Source: Eledone cirrhosa
Lineage: Eukaryota
Reading direction: 5' to 3'
Length of the DNA stretch: 64,000 nucleotides
Assembly: GCA_964016885.1 (NCBI GenBank)
Contig: OZ024742.1
Location: 224,936,001 to 225,000,000, forward strand
Position 1 is the first letter of the stretch, and the number at the start of each line of letters is the position of its first letter. The notes under the pieces were generated by a model. The model was given only the letters and a program-made list of their open reading frames with translations, did no database searches and was not told the origin of the DNA. The position numbers and the translations under genes are program-made. This document shows, piece by piece, positions 54,578-64,000 of this stretch.

Positions 54578-54622
54578 AACGATGTACTAGTTTCAAGCTT
54601 GTTAGCTATCATCAGCACCGTT
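54578..54622 (-). ncRNA. Type I hammerhead ribozyme, tandem copy 3
   Basis: Identical to copy 1, +942 bp. Confidence 0.85.
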
Positions 54623-54738
54623 TACCCATCTGCCAGATAGTTGAACGTTCGAAAGTATATACTTTCCTTATGAAAATTAAGAGAGAGAGAGAGAAATACA
54701 TATATATATATACATTTACATATATATATATATACATT

Positions 54739-54784
<46 letters not shown>

Positions 54785-54820
54785 GGCACACTGCTAGAGA
54801 TTCGATTTTACTAAGCATCC

Positions 54821-54865
<45 letters not shown>

Positions 54866-55291
54866 TGTGTGTATATGCATAGATACATATATACGTACGT
54901 ATATATATATATATATGCAAGCTTAAATACATCCGTATAAGCAAAGTGGAAAAGAGGAGAGGGTGGACAGAATCTAAGAGCGGAGCAGTGTAATGTAATG
55001 GCGACATAGTTAAGATATCGTCTGCCTTCTTTGAATGCGGATTTTAAAAAAAGCAGCTGCAATTGTCAAAATGAGAAATAAATGATATAATATTGCATTT
55101 TTACAACGATGTATTATTTAAGTCTGCGTTATGGGGGGAGGTTTGCTATTTTCAGCAGGCTAAACTAGTCGATGATTGACATAAATGAAAACAAAATAAA
55201 CTAGTTGAAATCCTAGCCTCACGCCAACGTATAAAGTCGTTCTTCATTTTTAAAGACTAAAGACCTTAGCATACAATCAATTGCCAAACAA

Positions 55292-55349
<58 letters not shown>

Positions 55350-55350
55350 T

Positions 55351-55411
<61 letters not shown>

Positions 55412-55501
55412 CATTTATATAAAGTTTTCAAAAATAATTATAAACATAAGAATGTCTTCAGAAGGTGTGGTTATATTCTAGCTAATATATACATAAATGA
55501 G

Positions 55502-55544
<43 letters not shown>

Positions 55545-55785
55545 TGTGCGTGTGCATGTGTGTGTATGTGTGCGTGTGTGCATGTGTGCATGTGTGCATG
55601 TGCGTGTGTGTATGTCTGCATGTGTGTGTGTGTGCGTGTGTGCGTGTGTGGAGGGGGATCAATTTGGGTATGCATGTGTATATATGTATTTTTAATAGTA
55701 GATAGATACATATAGATATATAGATATATATATTGATATATATGTTTCGTATATATATATGTATGTATGATGTAATATATATGTA

Positions 55786-55882
55786 TGAAGGCGCGTGGCT
55801 TTATGGTCACGTTATTCCACTCACAACCGTAAGGTCGTGAGTTCGATTCCCGGTGGCGCGTTGTGTTCTTGAGAAAGACACT
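55786..55882 (+). mobile_element. SINE family B head
   Basis: GAAGGCGCGTGGCTTTATGG...GTGAGTTCGATTCCCGG...TGTGTTCTTGAGAAAGACAC. Confidence 0.75.
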
Positions 55883-55889
55883 AAGTGGT

Positions 55890-56715
55890 TGAAAAAGACA
55901 ACTTAATTGTATTTTTATTAGTTAATTTATGGTATTTATGGCCAGATGGAAAATTATTATCCAAAATACTAAGGAATATTTTAGCTATATTGAAAACCAC
56001 ATTAAGTTTAAGGGTGGATTAAACCACGGAATGTTTCATCTACGCGTATTGTCCTTTCTAAAGGAGCCAATACTTTTCTCATCATAGGGGAGCTATATTG
56101 GAGTGTAGTTGGTTTTTATGTTAAGATTACCCTCACCTAAGTTATATTTAGCTAGATTATGCTTTTGTCCTTAACTTGATGTTTAGGATTATTACATATA
56201 TATGCGAGAGTTAGGAGTAGGTAGTTAGCCTAAATATTTATTTATATTATTTAGGGGGTTGGTAATAGGGATTTTTAATTTATTCCTAGGGTTAGATTCA
56301 GGAGCTTTTAGGGAGTTTTTTTTATAGTTGAGGGTTTATTGATTTTCTTATTAATACCCACACGTTTACTACTAATATCTTAATTATTATTATTACGGTT
56401 ACTATTGTGTGTTATATTAGAATTATTAAAGAAATATGTAAAATATCTTACTACTATATCCAGACCTAGTCAATGCTTCTTTATAATTCCAGGCAGTGGC
56501 ACTAAAAATATCATCATTAGAAGATAGTTTGGAAATTCTATGGGATACCCCCCTAACAATTGAGATAATAATAGACCTAGGGTTGATGGATAGTCTATTT
56601 ACATAGGATGTGTGGGGCTGTATATTCCAGTAACAAGTTCAAACGTGGCGTCTAGAAAGTTCACCATCCTAGGATTAGATTCGATATTTATGGTGATACC
56701 AAAACTTTTAAATAT
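55890..56715 (-). pseudogene. Degraded Penelope-like RT thumb/linker fragment (relative of the 42-44 kb ORF)
   Basis: Minus frames give MVNFLDATFEL, GVSHRISKLSSNDDIF...YKEALTRSG and NIPWFNPPLN. Confidence 0.75.
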
Positions 56716-56718
56716 ATG

Positions 56719-56752
<34 letters not shown>

Positions 56753-56756
<4 letters not shown>

Positions 56757-56860
56757 AGACAGTATGACCCCAACAGCAGAGCTCCACCCGTTTCGACGGC
56801 TATTTCTGGACTAAAGTAAGAGTTTTTTTTATCTGGTTCCTTACCACAACTCCTCCTTTA
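56753..56860 (+). mobile_element. Fold-back family B', deleted copy
   Basis: GACCCCAACAGCAGAGCTCCACCCGTTTCGACGGCTATTTCTGGA...CTGGTTCCTTACCACA, between (TA)n tracts. Confidence 0.7.
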
Positions 56861-56876
56861 TATATACTCGTATATA

Positions 56877-57960
<1,084 letters not shown>

Positions 57961-58519
57961 TTAATATTTTTTTAAGGCAACGCTTGTAATAACTCTAGTT
58001 AAACAGGATATATATTAATAATAAATTAGCGTTGTAATGTAATTAGATTATGTAATTGTTATTATAAATTATCTTATAAATATTAGTGTAAGATGTATAA
58101 AAATATTTTCAGACTTTTAATATAAACAACTACAAAAAACAATCAATATTAAATCAATATATTATACATAATAGAAAACATAAAATATACAATACAAAAA
58201 CAAAATATTTACATACAATTGCAATTATCAGTGTATATACATTTTCTTTATATTCCCTGAGCAAATTAATAAGATTTGTTTTTATTGTACATAATTTGAT
58301 GACTTGTTGGAGTGTATTAAAAGATAGCAACAATTTGTGATTAAATTGTTATCTTAAGCAACTCACTTTTTAATAGTTGTTGGCTGAGCGAAATTGTAAA
58401 AGCCTATGAGCAAATATAAAAAAAAATACACAAACAACATTTCCTTGTGTTATTACAACATTAGATAAAATAATTGAGCAATGTCGTTATATTTTGCTCT
58501 TATTGCACATTAATAGTGT

Positions 58520-58685
58520 TTCTATTTTTCGGCACAAATCCATTACGGCAGTCCATTACTGGTACTTTATTTTATCGAATTAGTAAGTATGAAAGTCGAA
58601 GTTAACCTCGGCAGGATTTGAACTTAGAATGCAAAGGACCATAACAATACTGCAAAGCATGGTGTCTGACGCTCTACCAATACTT
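58520..58685 (-). mobile_element. SINE family A, diverged
   Basis: CTGGTACTTTATTTTATCGA...GAAGTTAACCTCGGCAGGATTTGAAC...TGCAAAGCATGG. Confidence 0.7.
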
Positions 58686-59077
58686 GTGTTGAGCTGGTCA
58701 TTAATTTATGGTGGTCGTGCGTCGAGTAGAGCAATCGCTAGTTGAAATATTATGAACAAAACATTTTTATTTGCCGAAGAACATATTTTCAATACTGTTT
58801 GTGAATGTGACGAAGGAAATACATTCTGATATGGAACAGTGTACAAAGTGTGTCTGTGAATAACATAATGTTACCTCATGTTGTTGTCAAGACATAATGG
58901 ATTTCGTATATCCAGTTAGAAGATGAAACCTAGCCATCTCGGATTAGTTATATTTCATGCCATGTGTAAACGTGTTTGAGGATAGCAAAATATGCGCGTT
59001 AATTATAATAATTAGTTAATAATATTACAAAATATACCTAATTAAACTCTTTGCTTGAAATTTTATCATTCTTCGTT

Positions 59078-59111
<34 letters not shown>

Positions 59112-60778
59112 TTTATCTAGTCCTTCGCTCAAGATTAATCTATAAGTTTAGATGTTTGCCTTCGTTTAAGTAAATATTACAGTAAGATTTTTAATATAAA
59201 CAACTACAAAAAACAATTAATATTAAAACGAAAAAATTATCAATGATAAAAGAAGCGGATGCAACTTTTTTTTTTATAAAGTTATATTCCTGTTTCTTTA
59301 AAGAACATTTCATTTTTGTTCTATTGTAGGCGAAATAATGCAATGGTTTAATAGGGAAGATATAACTTACGAATTATGTCTCTAACCGTGTAACGCTTTT
59401 TAAGTAGATAACTACAATTGAAAATACTAAAGAAATGGAACCAACAATTCAATTTGAAAGTCGTCTAGTGACAGTGTATTACTGGTACTTTATTTTATCG
59501 ACCCCGTAACGATGAAAGGCAAAAATGCAAATGCTTAAAATTTAAATTGCCTTAATTCTATCGTCTGCTGTTTCATTAAAGGGAGATTCTCGTCTGTATT
59601 TAATTCTATCGTCTACTGTTCCACTAAACAGATATACCTCCACTATCGTCTCTATTTATACATTTTAACTTATACACATTTGATTTGAAATATTTTATCT
59701 AGTCCCCCCTCTCAATATTATGATGATTTCTTTCGAATGAAACAGTTCTAGTCCTGTAGAAGCCATTTATATATATAATTGAACTGAGTTAAAAATTCAC
59801 AATATTTATAATTAAATAAGCTCATATATATATGTGTGTATTTATCTGTTTATTGTATTATATATAATGTGTGTATATACAGGATGTCCCCCAAAAATAT
59901 ATACACACTTCAACAGCATTCTAATAACTATTGCCTGTACAGGTAATCAAAGTGTCAATCGAATGTTAGTTTCGTGTTTTAACAGTACAAATTTACAATA
60001 CACACATAAAACCAGTGTATATACATACATGAGTGTGTATACACATACATGAATGTGTATATACAATATATATGTATATATATATAGACACATATATTCA
60101 CGGTGCAACGGTATATTAAAATATAGATGCGGGAGAGGGGGGTGTATATATAGGGGCGCTGGGGATAAAGGAGTGTAAAGCGTGTGTAATTGATATATTG
60201 AAGGAGAGGAGCGTGCAGCGATAGAGTAACAAATATATAGAGAGGGGGAGAGATGGTATTGAAGGGGAGTAGTGCAAAGCGAAAGAGTAAGAGATATATA
60301 TAGAGACGGAACAGATAGAGAGAAACAGGCGTAAGTAACAGTGGAAGAGATATAGAGAGAGGTACTCTGATTGGTTGAAAATTAGCCAATGACATACGAT
60401 CACCACCACCACGGCTATCCCCGAAAAATTTTTAAAGAAGCTAGGCATATATGTTAGAACACGAAAAGTGAACATTCTGTTGTTTCACACTTTTCGTGTT
60501 CTAACAGATATATATAAATGGAAAAAAATGAAATTTCATTTCTCACTCTTAGTACGGCTGATACTTAAATATAAGTATGTATACGTACATACATATATGT
60601 ATACAGACGTACAGTAGTATGTATATATATATACATACATGCACACATATATATATGTACGTATGGGTTTACCGAACATTTATTATAATGCTCGGTTTGT
60701 TTATAAACAAACAGCCAGAATTAAGCCGTACAGTGTCTAGCAACCATCGTTGTCCTTTTGTTCAACACTGACAAAGAA

Positions 60779-60821
60779 ACAATGAACTAGTTTCTAACTT
60801 ATTAGCTGTCATCAGCACTGT
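60779..60821 (-). ncRNA. Type I hammerhead ribozyme motif
   Basis: ACAGTG-CTGATGA-CAGCT-AATA-AGTTA-GAAA-CTAG-TT-CATTGT. Confidence 0.75.
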
Positions 60822-61130
60822 ATACCTTCCTGTCAGTCGATTGAAATGATCGGTAAACCAATACGTACATATATATATGTGTGTGTGCATGTATGTATAT
60901 ATATACATGCTACTTTACGACTGTATACATATATTTGTGTACGTATACATAATTATATTTAAGTATCAGCCGTACTAAGAGTGAGAAATGAAATTTCATT
61001 TTTTCCATTTATCGTTTTCGGTACGGCCGGCCGAGTAACTCACTCGATATGCAAATTAGGCTGCTCAGCCGTTAATATGCATAAGGAAAGTATATACTTT
61101 CAGACGTTCAACCATCTGGCAGGAGGGTAT

Positions 61131-61173
61131 ACGATGCTGACGATAGCTAATAAGCTTGAAACTAGTACATCGT
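61131..61173 (+). ncRNA. Type I hammerhead ribozyme motif
   Basis: ACGATG-CTGACGA-TAGCT-AATA-AGCTT-GAAA-CTAG-TA-CATCGT, with a perfect 6-bp stem I. Confidence 0.85.
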
Positions 61174-61410
61174 ACCTATGTCAGTGTTGAACAAAAAGGT
61201 GACGTGGTTGCCTAAACACTGTACGGCGTAATTCGGGCTGTTTGTTTGTTTACAAACAAACAAACCGAGCATTATAATAAATGTTCGGTAAACCGATACG
61301 TACATATATATATATATGTGTGCATGTATATGTATACATACTACTGTACGTCTGTATACATGTACGTATACATACATACATACTTGCATATATATATATA
61401 TATATATATA

Positions 61411-62285
<875 letters not shown>

Positions 62286-62319
62286 ATATATATACATACA
62301 TACAATACATATATATGTA

Positions 62320-63015
62320 ACTAGCATTAAAGCCCGGCGTTGCTCGGGGCCAGTAAGTCACCAAAGTTAGGTTGCACCACCAATTTCATGGCAGCTCTTT
62401 TTTCCCTGTCAGGCACTGGGTGAATGAATTGCAGACCTGGACTGCCGAAGCAGAAGCTGCGCCAGCAGTGACAATTGAAGTTTCGCCCATGATATTATCT
62501 CTGTGCAAAGAAGTGTTGAAATTTATTGTTTCACAGTACTTGCGCCACACGCGCGTAAACGTAAACGATGCCAGCTGAACAACAGAGCTGCGATGGAGTT
62601 GTTCTGCATGGTTGTCTAATGTGTGTTTTCTAAATTTAAGACAGTAGGAGGGGTGTGATATGGGGATGAGTTAGCTGCTGTTTCTAGCAGGTTTAGTGAC
62701 GTCATAGGGGATATGTGTTTTCTAAATTTAAGACAGTAGTTCGGGGTGTGATATGGGGGAGAGTTAGCTGCTGTTTCTAGCAGGTTTAGTGACCTCATAG
62801 AGGATATTATTGTGTATAGTAAATAAACTGATACTTCTTTCTTCCACGTTCGTTGAGAGATGTTTTAAAAAAGAAGTATCGCTATTTTTTTTTTTGTTGT
62901 TGAATAAATTTATTTGTTGCTTTTGAATAATTGTTGTTTGGTATGAAATGTAATAAGTTTTCTTCGTTGTCATTGAAGTAAATAAATGTTTGACCGTTCT
63001 ACACTCAAAAACAGA

Positions 63016-63080
<65 letters not shown>

Positions 63081-63250
63081 TCATTTCTTTCTCTCTTCTT
63101 TCTTCCGAGTTCCTAAAGGAAGTTTGTAAGTTTAAGCGTATATAAGAGAAAGTTGCAGCATGTATGTAGTTTTATCGAATTTTAAGGAGAGTAGAGAGAG
63201 GAAATCAGATTGTATTAGAGGGGTAAAGCGTCATGTATTTAGTTTTATCG
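62320..63250 (-). mobile_element. Non-autonomous Helitron-like element with an internal ~74-bp minisatellite
   Basis: Minus-strand 3' end CCCGAGCAACGCCGGG hairpin followed by ...GCTAG|T; repeated unit at 62620-62800. The 5' boundary is uncertain. Confidence 0.55.
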
Positions 63251-63491
63251 ATTATTTCCGTAATTGTGGGTGAGTTGGAAAAAAATAAATAGTCGTTGAT
63301 CTAAGTTAGACCATTTACAACATTCATACAGACATACAGACTTTGAGTCGAATCGGTTTGAAATTGTGCAAATGTATAAACATGGAACATGCACACACAC
63401 ACACAACAACAACAACAACAATCGGCCTTTTATAGATAATACATACATACATACATACATACATACATACATACATACATACATACATACA

Positions 63492-63923
63492 TACTGGTAG
63501 AAATATCAAAAGTATAAAACAACTCAAGTCCGTAGGGTGACTTTTGATATAATTATTAAGGTCAGTTACTACAACGGGGCCATGCGAGGAACGTACGTTT
63601 CGTTGGCCTGGAGGACCAACTTTTTCAACCTATGCCGGTGGAAAGGAACTGGATTTAGCTTAGTTCTTTTTTCTTAGTTAAAGAGCGTTGCCAATCTTCG
63701 ACGTGAGTGAAGAATCTGCAGTAACGCTCCAGGGGATAAATATTCTGGTAATAACTTGGTAGAAATATCCAAGGTAAAGAGCAACTCAAATCCGTAGGGC
63801 GAGATTGAATATAATTGTTAAGCTATTTCCGGTTCCTTTCCACTGGCACAAGTTGAAAAAGTTGGTCCTCCAAGTCAACGAAACGTACGTTGCTGATATG
63901 ACTCCGTTATAGTAACTGGCCTT
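63492..63923. repeat. Direct + inverted duplication carrying two variant HHR-like motifs
   Basis: 63492-63560 resembles 63754-63822 (direct); 63559-63661 resembles the reverse complement of 63820-63923. Confidence 0.7.
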
Positions 63924-64000
63924 GACTCCGCCTCCAGCTTAGTCACTTCGGCCACTAGCCCTTGCTTCGCAGAAGAACGTAAACTAAATAAATACCGGGG

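Larger units (their letters stand above)
53383..54681 (-). mobile_element. 471-bp tandem repeat (~2.75 units), one hammerhead per unit; non-LTR retrozyme-like
   Basis: Units start at 53383, 53860 and 54331. HHRs at 53636-53680, 54107-54151 and 54578-54622. Flanked by (TA)n and (GA)n. Confidence 0.88.
60517..61390. mobile_element. Inverted + tandem arrangement of the HHR repeat family (435-bp variant)
   Basis: Minus copy at 60517-60845 and plus copies from 60851 (CGGTAAACC recurs at 60851 and 61286); homologous to the 471-bp unit. Confidence 0.82.

Noticed and set aside
58790-58926. Cys-rich exon-like stretch (CTKCVCE*...SCCC)
   Set aside because: In-frame stop, short, no clear splice sites; cannot be supported without a homology search.

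Overview
Eukaryotic, gene-free, repeat-saturated window. The tRNA-derived SINEs and the (TA)n/(CATA)n/(CA)n load suggest an octopus/cephalopod genome, which is inference only. No host protein-coding gene can be supported; the very long ORFs come from (GGT/GTT)n and minisatellite arrays. Recognisable transposons: a 5'-truncated Tx1-clade LINE with a 22-bp TSD in a GATA microsatellite (30918-34844), an R4/Dong-like RT relic, a young Penelope-like element (RT + C-terminal GIY-YIG, 1.3-kb pseudo-LTRs and an inverted end, 40558-46390), an RTE LINE with three C-terminal C2H2-like fingers, and CRE, mariner, Helitron and MITE fragments. The main hidden signal is RNA-level: about 13 minimal type I hammerhead ribozyme (HHR) motifs with complete or variant cores from about 7 unrelated families, plus degenerate and half motifs, nearly all next to (TA)n tracts. 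These include a 471-bp tandem array with one HHR per unit (retrozyme-like, predicted 471-nt circRNA), core variants (U4C; U3-A8 plus an extra A), an HHR carrying its own antisense-core sequence, and a fold-back family centred on HHR stem II. All folds were paired by eye; no activity or database match is claimed.
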